DNA of 64,000 bases from Halieaceae bacterium (GCA_036351355.1 JAZBOX010000140.1:366-64365); one strand, 5' to 3'; shown: positions 25,769-36,183, counted from the first letter of the stretch. Made by a program: numbers and translations. The notes: a model not told the origin generated them from the sequence alone.

Positions 25769-27838
25769 TCAGACGGAGGCGAAGGCCTGGCGCTCGCCGG
25801 TCCAGCGTCGGATGAGCGCGCTGACCCGCTCGGGCGCCTCGGACTGCAGTCGCTCGGCCAGCTCGCCGGCCTCGTCGAGGAGCGCGTCGTGTTCGGGCAG
25901 GCGGGCGACGCGAAACTCGAGCAGCCCGGTCTGTCGCGTTCCGAGCACCTCGCCGGGACCGCGCTGGCGCAGGTCTTCTTCGGCGATATAGAAGCCGTCA
26001 TTGCTCTCGCGCAGTATCTGCAGCCGCGCGCGGCTCTGTGCGCCCAGCGGTGACTGGTACAGCAGCACGCAGTGGCTTGCGTCGCTGCCCCGGCCGACGC
26101 GGCCGCGTAGCTGGTGCAGCTGTGCGAGGCCGAGTCGCTCGGGGTTCTCGATGATCATCAGGCTCGCATTGGGGACATCGACGCCGACCTCGATCACCGT
26201 TGTCGCCACCAGCACGCGGTATTCACCGCGCTTGAAGGCACTCATGACCGCATCCTTATCACGCGCATTCATACGTCCGTGGACAAGGGCCACGGGAATA
26301 TCGCCGAGCGCCTCGTCCAGCTCGGCGAAGCTGCTCTCGGCAGCCTGGGCCTGCAGCGCGTCGCTGTCCTCGATGAGCGTGCAGACCCAGTACACCTGAC
26401 GACCGTCGCGGCAGGCATGGGCCACGCGATCGATGACTTCGTCGCGGCGCCGATTGTCGATCAGCACCGTGCCCACGGGCTGGCGCCCCGGCGGCAGTTC
26501 ATCAATCACCGAGCAGTCGAGATCGGCATAGGCCACCATCGACAGCGTGCGCGGTATCGGCGTCGCCGTCATGATCAGCTGGTGGGCGCGACCGTTGCCG
26601 CCGCTCTTCTCGGCGAGCGCGAGGCGCTGATGGACGCCGAAACGGTGCTGCTCGTCGACAATCACGAGGCCGAGACGGGCGAAGGCGACGCCTTCCTGGA
26701 ACAGGGCGTGCGTACCGATGACCAGCGCGGCGTCACCGCTGGCAATCGCCTCGAGCGTCGCCTCGCGCCGGCGGCCCTTTACGCTGCCGGCAAGCCAGGC
26801 CTGGCTGAGCGCAAGGCCTTCAAACCAGCCGCTGAAATTGATCCGGTGCTGCTCGGCGAGGAGTTCCGTCGGCGCCATCACTGCGACCTGATATCCCGCG
26901 GCGATAACCATCAGCGCCGCCGCCGCGGCCACCAGCGTCTTCCCCGATCCGACATCGCCCTGCACCAGGCGCAGCATGGGCTTTCCCGCGGCGAGATCGT
27001 GGCGTATCTCTTCGATCACCCGGCTCTGCGCCCCCGTCGGCGTGAAAGGCAGGCGGGAGAGGAAGTCCTGCAGCAGCGCGCTGTCGCCGCCGCAGGCTGG
27101 AGCCGGCCGAAGGCGCTGCAGGCTGCGCAGCTCGCGCAGGGACAGCTGGTGGGCGACAAGCTCTTCAAGGGCGAGGCGCAGCTGGGCGTGGTGGCGACCC
27201 TCGCGCAGGGCCGCAAGGTCCGCGTCCGGCGGCGGTCGGTGCAGGAAGGCCAGGGCGTCGCGCAGGCTTTCGCGATGGCCGTCTGCTGGCAGCAGTTCCT
27301 CCGGTGGCTGCCGGGCGAGCAGTTCGAGCGCCTGCTCGCAGAGGCGGCGCCACTGCGTCTGGCTGATACCTTCCGTACTCGGATAGATCGGCGTCAGGCG
27401 ATCCTCTACGGGAGCCGCGCTGCCGGCATCGCTGCGCTGGTATTCGGGATGAATCATCTCAGGCTGCATCTGCGGCCGTCGGCGCACGGCGCCGAAGCAG
27501 CGCAGCTGCATTCCCGGCTGCAGTGCATTCTTCTGCGCGTTGCTGTAGTGAAAGAAGCGCAGCGTCAGCGTACCGCTGCCGTCCTGAAGCTTGACGAGTA
27601 GCGAGCGCCGCCGCCCTCCCCCGGCGGTGTTTACCAGGATGATCCGACCCTCGACCACGACCTCGTCCCCGTCCCGGAGCGCGCCGATCGGGGTCAGTCG
27701 CGTGCGGTCCTGGTAGCGCAGGGGCAGGTGAAAGAGCAGGTCCTCGACGCTGCGAATACCGTAGTTGTGCAGGCGCTCGGCGAGGCGCGGGCCGACGCCG
27801 CGCAGCGATTCCAGGCTTTGTGTGACAATTCCCGCCAC
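25769..27838 (-). CDS. recG: ATP-dependent DNA helicase RecG
   Basis: ...LRGVGPRLAERL...DLLFHLPLRYQDRT..., the wedge domain, GDVGSGKT, DEQHRFGV, and the C-terminal TRG motif region. GTG start at 27838. Confidence 0.95.
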   Translation of the reverse strand: MAGIVTQSLESLRGVGPRLAERLHNYGIRSVEDLLFHLPLRYQDRTRLTPIGALRDGDEVVVEGRIILVNTAGGGRRRSLLVKLQDGSGTLTLRFFHYSNAQKNALQPGMQLRCFGAVRRRPQMQPEMIHPEYQRSDAGSAAPVEDRLTPIYPSTEGISQTQWRRLCEQALELLARQPPEELLPADGHRESLRDALAFLHRPPPDADLAALREGRHHAQLRLALEELVAHQLSLRELRSLQRLRPAPACGGDSALLQDFLSRLPFTPTGAQSRVIEEIRHDLAAGKPMLRLVQGDVGSGKTLVAAAAALMVIAAGYQVAVMAPTELLAEQHRINFSGWFEGLALSQAWLAGSVKGRRREATLEAIASGDAALVIGTHALFQEGVAFARLGLVIVDEQHRFGVHQRLALAEKSGGNGRAHQLIMTATPIPRTLSMVAYADLDCSVIDELPPGRQPVGTVLIDNRRRDEVIDRVAHACRDGRQVYWVCTLIEDSDALQAQAAESSFAELDEALGDIPVALVHGRMNARDKDAVMSAFKRGEYRVLVATTVIEVGVDVPNASLMIIENPERLGLAQLHQLRGRVGRGSDASHCVLLYQSPLGAQSRARLQILRESNDGFYIAEEDLRQRGPGEVLGTRQTGLLEFRVARLPEHDALLDEAGELAERLQSEAPERVSALIRRWTGERQAFASV

Positions 27839-27846
27839 GGGGAGGC

Positions 27847-28764
27847 ATGTCTCCGAATCGGAACGGCCGCAAGGGTAACAGCGTGGAACACAAAAGCATC
27901 GCGATCATCGGATTTGGCGATATCGGAGCACGCGTTGCGGCCCGTCTGCCCACGCCGTGGCGGACGATCGCGCTCAGGCGCCGGGCGCGCGAGGTGCCTG
28001 CGGGGGTTCGCGGCATCGCCATCGACCTGCGTCGTCCGGAAACGCTGGCCTGCCTCGAGCGCCTTGCGCCCGATGCGCTGCTGGTCACGCTGAGCCCCGC
28101 GGGCCGCGACCCCGAAGCCTATCGCGATGGTTTTGGCGGGGCCATGGCGGCGTTGGTCGCGGGCTGTGGCGCGCATCGACCCCGACAGGCGTTTTTTGTG
28201 TCGAGTACCAGGGTCTACGCTGGCAATGGCGACGCTTACGTGGACGAAAGCTCGCCGCTGGCCCTCGACGAGCCGCAGGCCGCGGCAATCGTCGACGCCG
28301 AAGAGCGCTTTCTCGGGGCGTTCGAAGGCGGTGTGGTGCTGCGCGCCGGTGGCCTCTACGGGCACGGTCCGGGGCCCCTGCTGAAGGCCGTGGCGGCGGG
28401 GCGACTGCGGCCACGGCAGCCGCTGGTCTACGCCAATCGCATCCATCGCGACGACGTTGCCGGCTTTATCGTGCACGCGCTCGCCACGCCACCAGCGGCA
28501 AATACGATCAATCTCGTCGATGGTTGCACCGCGTCGCAGCAGGAGGTGGAAGCCTGGCTCTGCGAGCAGCTCAGGATGCCCTACGACCCGCCGGCAGCGC
28601 CGCCCGCTGACGCGTCCCCCGCGCGAATCAAGCGCGTCACCAACCAGCGCCTGCGCGACAGCGGCTACCGCCTGCACTACCCGGACTTTCGCAGTGGCTA
28701 CGCCGACGTCCTGCGCCAGTGGACGCAGTACTCAGACCGAGAGGATGGCCTCGATCTCCACTGA
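27847..28764 (+). CDS. NAD(P)-binding Rossmann-fold (SDR/epimerase-like) protein
   Basis: IAIIGFGDIGARVA... dinucleotide motif and ...FVSSTRVYG.... ATG 27847 is only 8 nt from the divergent recG start; an alternative GTG lies at 27883. Confidence 0.7.
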   Translation: MSPNRNGRKGNSVEHKSIAIIGFGDIGARVAARLPTPWRTIALRRRAREVPAGVRGIAIDLRRPETLACLERLAPDALLVTLSPAGRDPEAYRDGFGGAMAALVAGCGAHRPRQAFFVSSTRVYAGNGDAYVDESSPLALDEPQAAAIVDAEERFLGAFEGGVVLRAGGLYGHGPGPLLKAVAAGRLRPRQPLVYANRIHRDDVAGFIVHALATPPAANTINLVDGCTASQQEVEAWLCEQLRMPYDPPAAPPADASPARIKRVTNQRLRDSGYRLHYPDFRSGYADVLRQWTQYSDREDGLDLH

Positions 28765-29115
28765 CACCCCGCGCGGCAGCCCGGCCACCTGCACGCAGGC
28801 GCGCGCCGGGTAGGGCTCGCTGAAAAAGCGCGCCATGACTTCGTTGACGGCGGCGAAATCCGCCATGTCCGTGAGCGAGATGTTGATCTTCACGGCGTTG
28901 TCGAGCGTGCCGCCGGCCGCTTCGGCGACGGCGCTGAGATTGGTGAACACCCGCTCGGCCTGCGCCGAGATATCGCCAGGGACGATTTCCATGGTCTCGG
29001 GATCGAGCGGGATCTGGCCGGATAGCCACACGGTATTGCCGACCTTGACGCCCTGCGAGTAGGGGCCGATGGCCGCCGGTGCCCGGTTCGTGGAGATGAT
29101 CGCGCGATTGCTCAC
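28732..29115 (-). CDS. ridA: RidA family reactive enamine/imine deaminase
   Basis: ...APAAIGPYSQGV..G..V.LSGQIPLDP...NL.AV..AAG....VK..I.L.DM.DF..VN.VM..FF..P.PAR..V.V..LPRG..VEIE.... Confidence 0.92.
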   Translation of the reverse strand: MSNRAIISTNRAPAAIGPYSQGVKVGNTVWLSGQIPLDPETMEIVPGDISAQAERVFTNLSAVAEAAGGTLDNAVKINISLTDMADFAAVNEVMARFFSEPYPARACVQVAGLPRGVSVEIEAILSV

Positions 29116-29202
29116 TGTCAGAGACTCCTTGTCTGCGCTTGTTGGGATCTTCGTGTTGCCGGCGGCCGGTGCCCCGGGGCATCGCCGCCTGGCGATGGGA
29201 TT

Positions 29203-31314
29203 TCAGACCCGATTGACCCGACGCACGCATTCCTGACTGCGCAGGCGACGCATGACGCGGGCTAGGTGGACCCGGCTTTCCACGTGCAGGTCGAGGTCGA
29301 CATAAGTGAACTGGTAGTCCTTGTCCTGCGAGCTGATCTTGTCGATGTTCACGCCCATGCTGTTGATCTGCGTGGCGATGGTGGCGATAGCGCCGCGCCG
29401 GTTCTCGACCTCGATGCGGAGCTCTGCGAGGTACTCGCCGCTGATGTTGTCGTCCCAGCGCAGCGGGATCCACTGCTCCGGCTTCTCGCGCAGCTCGGCG
29501 AGGTTGCGGCAGTTCTCGCGGTGCACGACCACGCCGCGCTCGGAACTCAGGTAGCCGGCGATGGGGTCGCCGGGCAGGGGCCGGCAGCAGCGCGCGTAGC
29601 TGACCATGAAGCCCTCGGTGCCGCGGATCGCCAGCGGCGTGTCGCTGCCCGGTCCCGGCGAGGGCCCGACCGTGTCGACTTCGCCGACAAGCTGCGATGC
29701 GACAACGGCGGGCAGACGCTTGCCCTGGGCGATCTCGGCGAGGAGATCGTCGAGGGACTGAAGGCGGATGTTGTCGAGATAGGCCGCCAGTCGCGCCGAC
29801 GACAGTTCGTCCACGTTGAGACCGAGGCTGGTCAGTGACTTGTCGAGGAGTCGTCGTCCCAGCGCGACCGCATCCTCGCGCGTCTGGTGCTTGAGGTAAT
29901 GGCGGATATTGCTGCGCGCCTTCGCCGTGATGGCGTAGTTGAACCACGAGGGGTTCGGCCGCGCGCCCGCCGCCGTGATCACCTCCACCGTCTGGCCGCT
30001 CTGCAGCGGCTCGGAGAGCGGCGCCAGGCGCCGATTGATGCGGCAGGCCACGCAGCTGTTACCGAGCTCCGTGTGCACGGCGTAGGCAAAGTCGACGGCC
30101 GTCGCGCCGCGCGGCAGCTCCATGATGTGGCCCTTGGGCGTAAACACGTAGATTTCATCGGGGAAGAGGTCGATCTTCACGTTCTCGATGAACTCGAGGC
30201 TGTTGCCGGCGCGCTGCTGCATCTCGAGCAGACCCTGTACCCACTCACGCGCGCGCGCATGGGAGCCGTTACCGCGCTCCGAATCGCTTTTATACAGCCA
30301 GTGCGCGGCGATCCCGTTGTTCGCCATGTCCTCCATTTCCTGCGTGCGGATCTGGATTTCGATGGGGACACCGTGCATACCCATGACCACCGTGTGCAGC
30401 GACTGGTAGCCGTTGGCCTTGGGTATGGCGATGTAATCCTTGAACTCGCCGGGCACGGGCTTGTAGAGCGAATGGATGCAGCCGAGGACCCGGTAGCAAC
30501 GATCAACGGAGTCGACGACGATCCGGAAGGCGTAGATGTCCATGATCTCCGAGAAGGATTTCTTCTTGGAGCGCATCTTCTGGTAGATGCTGTAAAGGTG
30601 TTTTTCGCGCCCGAGGACCGTCGCCTCGTGCTCGTCCTGCTGCAGCGCGTTCTCGATCTGCGTGCGGACTTTCTCGACCAGTTCGCGGCGGTGGCCGCGC
30701 GCGGCTAGGCGCGCCGCTTCGATTCGCCGGGCGCGCATCGGGTAGAGCGCGCTGAAGCCCAGGTCCTCGAATTCCATACGCACGGAGTTCATGCCGAGGC
30801 GCATGGCGATGGGCGCGTAGATGTCCAGCGTCTCCTTCGCGATGCGCCGCGCCTTGGCCGTGGGCAGCACGCCAAGGGTGCGCATGTTGTGCAGCCGGTC
30901 GGCAAGCTTGACCAGAATCACGCGGATATCGCACGCCATGGCCAGAGCCATTTTCTGGAAGTTCTCGGCCTGCTTTTCCTCCAGCGTGTCGAACTCGATC
31001 TGCGTGAGTTTGCTGACGCCGTCGACGAGTTCGGCAACTGCCTCGCCGAACTGCTGTTCGATGGCATCCTTGCTGATGCCCGTGTCCTCGATAACGTCGT
31101 GCAGCATCGCGGCCATCAGGCTCTGATGGTCCATGTGCATGTCGGCGAGGATGTCGGCGACGGCGAGCGGGTGCGTCACGTAGGGCTCGCCGCTGCGGCG
31201 CTGCTGGCCATAGTGCGCCTGTTCGGCGTAGTAGTAGGCGCGACGCACCTGCACGCTCTGCTCGCGCTCCAGATAGGAGCGCAGCTTTACGTCGAGGGCA
31301 TCGATTGTGTGCAC
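29203..31314 (-). CDS. spoT: bifunctional (p)ppGpp synthetase/hydrolase
   Basis: ...RRSGEPYVTHPLAVADILADMHMDHQSLMAAMLHDVIEDT (HD domain), then the synthetase, TGS and ACT regions. Start set at GTG 31314 (VHTIDALDVKLRSYL...), which aligns with the usual SpoT N-terminus. The ORF-track ATG 31464 would add 50 P/A/S-rich residues. Confidence 0.9.
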   Translation of the reverse strand: MHTIDALDVKLRSYLEREQSVQVRRAYYYAEQAHYGQQRRSGEPYVTHPLAVADILADMHMDHQSLMAAMLHDVIEDTGISKDAIEQQFGEAVAELVDGVSKLTQIEFDTLEEKQAENFQKMALAMACDIRVILVKLADRLHNMRTLGVLPTAKARRIAKETLDIYAPIAMRLGMNSVRMEFEDLGFSALYPMRARRIEAARLAARGHRRELVEKVRTQIENALQQDEHEATVLGREKHLYSIYQKMRSKKKSFSEIMDIYAFRIVVDSVDRCYRVLGCIHSLYKPVPGEFKDYIAIPKANGYQSLHTVVMGMHGVPIEIQIRTQEMEDMANNGIAAHWLYKSDSERGNGSHARAREWVQGLLEMQQRAGNSLEFIENVKIDLFPDEIYVFTPKGHIMELPRGATAVDFAYAVHTELGNSCVACRINRRLAPLSEPLQSGQTVEVITAAGARPNPSWFNYAITAKARSNIRHYLKHQTREDAVALGRRLLDKSLTSLGLNVDELSSARLAAYLDNIRLQSLDDLLAEIAQGKRLPAVVASQLVGEVDTVGPSPGPGSDTPLAIRGTEGFMVSYARCCRPLPGDPIAGYLSSERGVVVHRENCRNLAELREKPEQWIPLRWDDNISGEYLAELRIEVENRRGAIATIATQINSMGVNIDKISSQDKDYQFTYVDLDLHVESRVHLARVMRRLRSQECVRRVNRV

Positions 31315-31490
31315 GGCTTTACGGCGCGCGCCTGGCGACGGGGCCGGGGCAGCAGCAGAACGCGCCGGAGGGGGCCCGCTTGTTTGCGGGCAGGCATGCG
31401 GGAACCAGGGTAAAGGGCGGAGACAGGAAGCGCTGGGGGCGCCGCTGTCGGGCGTGTCCGGCAAGGCCTCGCCGGCGCCCCGGTATCAGT

Positions 31491-31805
31491 TCAGAAATCG
31501 TCGTCATCGGGCCTTGCAGCAGCGGCCGCGGCGGCGCTGAGGTCGAGCTCGGCAGCGCCGGCACTCATGACTTCAGCCAGCTCTTCCTCGGCATCGAGCT
31601 CGTCCTCGCGGCGCAGCATGTCGGCGTCGACGAGACCGTCGGCGATCTCGCGCAGGGCGATCACCGTGGGCTTGTCGGACTCTTCCTGAACCAGCGGCTC
31701 CTTGCCACCGGTGGCAATCTGGCGTGCGCGCTTGCTGGCGAGCATGACCAGCTCGAAGCGGTTATCGACGGATTCGAGGCAGTCTTCTACGGTGACACGT
31801 GCCAT
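31491..31805 (-). CDS. rpoZ: DNA-directed RNA polymerase subunit omega
   Basis: [30 protein letters not shown]...; acidic C-terminal tail. Confidence 0.95.
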   Translation of the reverse strand: MARVTVEDCLESVDNRFELVMLASKRARQIATGGKEPLVQEESDKPTVIALREIADGLVDADMLRREDELDAEEELAEVMSAGAAELDLSAAAAAAARPDDDDF

Positions 31806-31912
31806 GGGAGGCTCCTGAATTTACGGAAAGCCCGCCATTATATCGGCGGATCGACGAATTACCTAGCGCTGATTCGTCATGCTGAATCGCCATGTGTGCG
31901 GGGCTTTGCGCG

Positions 31913-32566
<654 letters not shown>

Positions 32567-33454
32567 CTATTCAATGTTCTGCACCTGCTCCCGCATCTGC
32601 TCGATCAGTACCTTCAGCTCAACGGCGCCCTGCGTGGTGCGGCTCGCCGAGGCCTTGGAAGCTATCGTATTGGCCTCGCGGTTGAGCTCCTGCATCAGAA
32701 AGTCGAGGCGTCGGCCGCAGGGCCCGCCGCGCTCGAGAACGCGCCCGACCTCGTCGATGTGCGTGCTCAGCCGATCGAGCTCCTCGTCGACGTCGGCCTT
32801 GTGCAGCAGCAGCACAAGCTCCTGCTCGATGCGCCCCTCGTCGACGGGCTGCTCCAGTTCTCCGAGGCGGGCGCGAAGGCGCTCCTCCTGGCCCCGGCGC
32901 AGCTCCGGCAGCAGCTCACGCAGGCGCTCGATCTCCCCCGCTATCGAATCGAGGCGGCTGCTCAAAAACCGCCTGAGCTGCGCGCCCTCTCGCGCGCGCG
33001 TCTCGCGCAGCGACGCCAGGGCGGCGTCAAAGGTCTCGCGAGCCGCGGTGAAAAGCTGATCCTCGTCCTGCGCTGAGCCCTCGCATACGCCGGGGAATTG
33101 CAGTACCTCGAGCGCCGATACCTTGGCCACCTTATCGAAACATTCGTGCACAACTGCCGCAGCGGCGGCGACCTCGGCGAGGCGTTCGCGATTCACGCGA
33201 AGCGTGTTACCAGCGCCATCACTGTCGAGTCGGATCTGGCAGTCGATCTTGCCGCGGGAAAGTCCCTGGCTCAGCGCCTCGCGCAGCTGCGGCTCGAGGG
33301 CTCGGAGGGCGTCGGGCAGCTTGAAGTGACAGTCGAGATAACGGTGGTTGACGCTGCGCAGTTCGACCACGATCGTCGTGCTGACCGCCGCATCGACATC
33401 GTCTCCGGCTCGCGAGGCTTCGCGGGCAAACGCCGTCATGCTGTGGACGCTCAT
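32567..33454 (-). CDS. yicC: YicC family stress-induced protein
   Basis: MSVHSMTAFAREA...ELRSVNHRYLD... and C-terminal ...EANTI.SKA......VELKV.IEQ.REQVQNIE. Confidence 0.9.
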   Translation of the reverse strand: MSVHSMTAFAREASRAGDDVDAAVSTTIVVELRSVNHRYLDCHFKLPDALRALEPQLREALSQGLSRGKIDCQIRLDSDGAGNTLRVNRERLAEVAAAAAVVHECFDKVAKVSALEVLQFPGVCEGSAQDEDQLFTAARETFDAALASLRETRAREGAQLRRFLSSRLDSIAGEIERLRELLPELRRGQEERLRARLGELEQPVDEGRIEQELVLLLHKADVDEELDRLSTHIDEVGRVLERGGPCGRRLDFLMQELNREANTIASKASASRTTQGAVELKVLIEQMREQVQNIE

Positions 33455-33579
33455 GCTGTCTCCCCGTTACCTGTGCGCATGGTAGCAGTTTGGCGGCTCA
33501 GGACTCTGGATCCATGCGAATTGAGCGGACAGGACCCTAGTATACTGCGAGCCCTTTCCCCACTCGATGTAGTACTGCT

Positions 33580-34302
33580 ATGGCCAGACCCAGTGGGCGC
33601 GCCGCCGATGAGCTGCGCGCGATCCGAATCGAACGTCATTACACCCGCCACGCCGAGGGCTCCGTGCTCGTAAGCTTCGGCGATACGCGGGTGCTGTGTA
33701 ATGCCAGCGTCGAGGAAGGCGTACCACGCTTCCTGCGCGGCAGCGGATCGGGCTGGATCACGGCGGAATACGGCATGCTCCCGCGCTCGACGGGCACGCG
33801 CATGGGCCGCGAGGCGGCGCGCGGTCGCCAGGGTGGCCGCACGCTCGAAATCCAGCGCCTCATCGGTCGATCGCTGCGCGCAGCGGTGGACCTCCGGCGC
33901 CTTGGTGAGTACACGATCACCGTCGACTGTGATGTGCTGCAGGCCGACGGCGGCACGCGCACGGCGTCGATCACCGGCGGTTTCGTTGCGCTGCTTGACG
34001 CGCTGAACACGCTGCAGCGCTCTCGCCGTATCACCGTCGACCCCCTGCTCCACTTCGTCGCATCGGTCTCCGTGGGCGTCTGCGCCGGGGAGGCCGTGCT
34101 CGATCTGGACTATGCAGAGGACTCGTCCGCGGACACGGATCTCAATGTCGTGATGACCGAAAGCGGCGATTTCATAGAAGTGCAGGGCACGGCCGAAGCC
34201 GCGCCCTTTGCCCGCGGCGAGCTCGAGCGCATGCTCGACCTGGCCGGGGCGGGTATCAGCGAGCTTGTTCGCCGGCAGAAGGCGGCACTCGCCGAGGGCT
34301 GA
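33580..34302 (+). CDS. rph: ribonuclease PH
   Basis: [71 protein letters not shown].... Confidence 0.96.
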   Translation: MARPSGRAADELRAIRIERHYTRHAEGSVLVSFGDTRVLCNASVEEGVPRFLRGSGSGWITAEYGMLPRSTGTRMGREAARGRQGGRTLEIQRLIGRSLRAAVDLRRLGEYTITVDCDVLQADGGTRTASITGGFVALLDALNTLQRSRRITVDPLLHFVASVSVGVCAGEAVLDLDYAEDSSADTDLNVVMTESGDFIEVQGTAEAAPFARGELERMLDLAGAGISELVRRQKAALAEG

Positions 34303-34450
34303 CGCGACGCGCGCCGGCCGCCGCGCCGGCGTCAGGGAATGCGGCATTCAGTTCGCCTGTGTTTCCGAGGGTCTCTGCCAGGCAGCGTCGCGTGAGGCCT
34401 CAAGGTCGTCTCGGGCCTCAAGGAAGTGCGTCCGCTTTTCAGGTCGTGTC

Positions 34451-34576
34451 AGGTCGCCGCGGTTATCAAGGTCGCCTCCCATATCGAAGCCGCCTCGGGT
34501 ATCGAGGTCCCCTCAGGTGTCGAGGTCCCCTCAGGTGTCGAGGTCCCCTCAGGTATCGAGGTCCCCTCAGGTATCG
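34451..34576. repeat. 18-bp tandem repeat array (7 copies, 4 near-perfect; more degenerate copies back to about 34403), ending inside the 3' end of crc
   Basis: AGGTCCCCTCAGGTRTCG occurs four times at 34505, 34523, 34541 and 34559. Decaying copies lie at 34451, 34469 and 34487. The next unit (34577) is crc coding sequence. Confidence 0.95.
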
Positions 34577-35301
34577 AGGTCATAGTCGATGATCAGCGGT
34601 GCGTGGCTGGAGAAGCGTTCTCCCGTGTACACCGCCGCATGCTCGACGCAATCGACCAGGTTTTCCGAAATGAGTTGAAGATCCGAACGCAGGCCTGCGC
34701 TGTCGGAACCCTCGGGCCAGAAAGTCGGTGCGGGGTCCGTCGCACTGACCTCGCGAAAGGCGTCCGCGTAGCCACTGCCGAAAACTTCTCCGATCCATTC
34801 ACTCTGCAGGGCACGGGCTTTTTCCGAACCCAGGCCCGGGCCGTCGGGTGTGAGCTGCCAGTTTCCGCAGATGATGTAGTCGCGGCGCTTGTTGCGGATT
34901 TTCTGCAGATGGGCGCCCAGCAGATGGAAGAACTCGGCCTGCTGCCGCTCGCCGTCGGGCTCATCGGCGGCAGGCGGGAGGATGCAGCCGATGGACAGGT
35001 CCTGATAGTCCGCCTGGATGTAGCGTCCCTGCATGTCGAAGTCGACGAAGCCCAGACCCGTCATGATCGCCTTCGGCAGGCCGCGACAGTAGATCGCAAC
35101 GCCATTGGCTTTTCCGTTGACGTCGTCAAAGAAGTAGGCGTTGTACTCGCTGGGGAAGTAGAGGTCTTCCTGGAGGTCGTATTCGGTGCAACGCAGATCC
35201 TGAACGCAGATGAAATCCGCGTCCTGGCGTGCCAGCCAGTCGTAAAAGCCGCGGCCGGCGGCCTCGCGCAGGCCGTCGGCGCAGAAACTGATCACCCTCA
35301 T
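34567..35301 (-). CDS. crc: catabolite repression control protein Crc homologue (ExoIII/AP-endonuclease fold)
   Basis: MRVISFCADGLREAA...DFICVQDLR...GFVDFDMQGRYIQADYQDLSIGCILPP...YADAFREVS...HAPLIIDYD closely parallels Pseudomonas Crc. It lies between rph and pyrE, as crc does in Pseudomonas. ATG 35301 is preceded by GGGGG. Confidence 0.8.
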   Translation of the reverse strand: MRVISFCADGLREAAGRGFYDWLARQDADFICVQDLRCTEYDLQEDLYFPSEYNAYFFDDVNGKANGVAIYCRGLPKAIMTGLGFVDFDMQGRYIQADYQDLSIGCILPPAADEPDGERQQAEFFHLLGAHLQKIRNKRRDYIICGNWQLTPDGPGLGSEKARALQSEWIGEVFGSGYADAFREVSATDPAPTFWPEGSDSAGLRSDLQLISENLVDCVEHAAVYTGERFSSHAPLIIDYDLDT

Positions 35302-35407
35302 AGAACCCCCGAACGGGCGCGCCTCAACGCGCACAAGCAGCCGGCTATGATACCTAAAGCGGCTGTGACAAAGTACAGCGACAGGCCAGCTTGTCACGGA
35401 TTCCCTG

Positions 35408-36049
35408 ATGCAGGACTACCAAAGCGAGTTCATCGACCTGGCGCGCCGCTGCGAGGTGCTGCGCTTCGGTCAGTTCACCCTGAAGTCGGGGCGCGAAAGC
35501 CCGTACTTCTTCAATGCCGGATCCTTTTCCAGCGGCGCTGCCCTGGAGGCGCTCGGCCGTGCCTACGCGCGCTGCATCGTCGACGCGGGTGTCGAATTCG
35601 ATGTGCTGCTCGGGCCGGCCTACAAGGGCATACCGCTGGCGGCGGCCACCGCCGTCGCCCTTGCCGCCCATCATGATCGCGACTGCCCCTTCGCCTACAA
35701 CCGCAAGGAAGCCAAGGATCACGGTGAAGGTGGGCTGCTTGTCGGCGCCCCGCTGAGCGGCCGCGTGCTGGTGATCGACGATGTGATCACCGCGGGAACC
35801 GCGGTGACCGAGGTGGCGGAGCTGGTCGCGGCAGCGGGTGCGCAGCTCGCGGGCGTGGTGATCGGCCTCAATCGGCAGGAGCGGGGGCGCGGCGAGCTGT
35901 CGGCGATTCAGGAGGTCGAGGCGCGCTGGAAAATTCCCGTGCTGAGTATCATCAGCCTCGACGACCTCATTGCCTACCTGGAACAGGAAGCGGAAAGCAG
36001 CGCCGACCTGAACGCCCTGCGCGCCTACCGCGCGCAGTACGGCGTGTGA
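35408..36049 (+). CDS. pyrE: orotate phosphoribosyltransferase
   Basis: [12 protein letters not shown]....[19 protein letters not shown]... and the [17 protein letters not shown] motif. Confidence 0.96.
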   Translation: MQDYQSEFIDLARRCEVLRFGQFTLKSGRESPYFFNAGSFSSGAALEALGRAYARCIVDAGVEFDVLLGPAYKGIPLAAATAVALAAHHDRDCPFAYNRKEAKDHGEGGLLVGAPLSGRVLVIDDVITAGTAVTEVAELVAAAGAQLAGVVIGLNRQERGRGELSAIQEVEARWKIPVLSIISLDDLIAYLEQEAESSADLNALRAYRAQYGV

Positions 36050-36183
36050 GCCGTCTTCCGGGGAGTCCCGGGGACCCGCCGCGCTGACGCGGTCGGTCGC
36101 ACCCGGATTCGGCGGGCCGGGCGAGCAAGGGCGCGCGCGGCCATCGACTTGTGGCCCTCTTCCGCCAGCACTATATTGAGCTG

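Noticed and set aside
34208-34592. Plus-strand ORFs encoding SRSPQV and RGPLRC/RGPLRY hexapeptide repeats
   Set aside because: They are translations of the 18-bp tandem DNA repeat downstream of rph. They have no credible start or RBS and overlap the end of crc, so they are treated as a DNA repeat and not as repeat proteins.
34403-34594. Possibility that the 18-, 31- or 12-bp arrays (also 45476-45625 and 60581-60665) are CRISPR arrays
   Set aside because: The units are directly abutting with no unique spacers, the repeats are too short or degenerate, and no cas genes are present.
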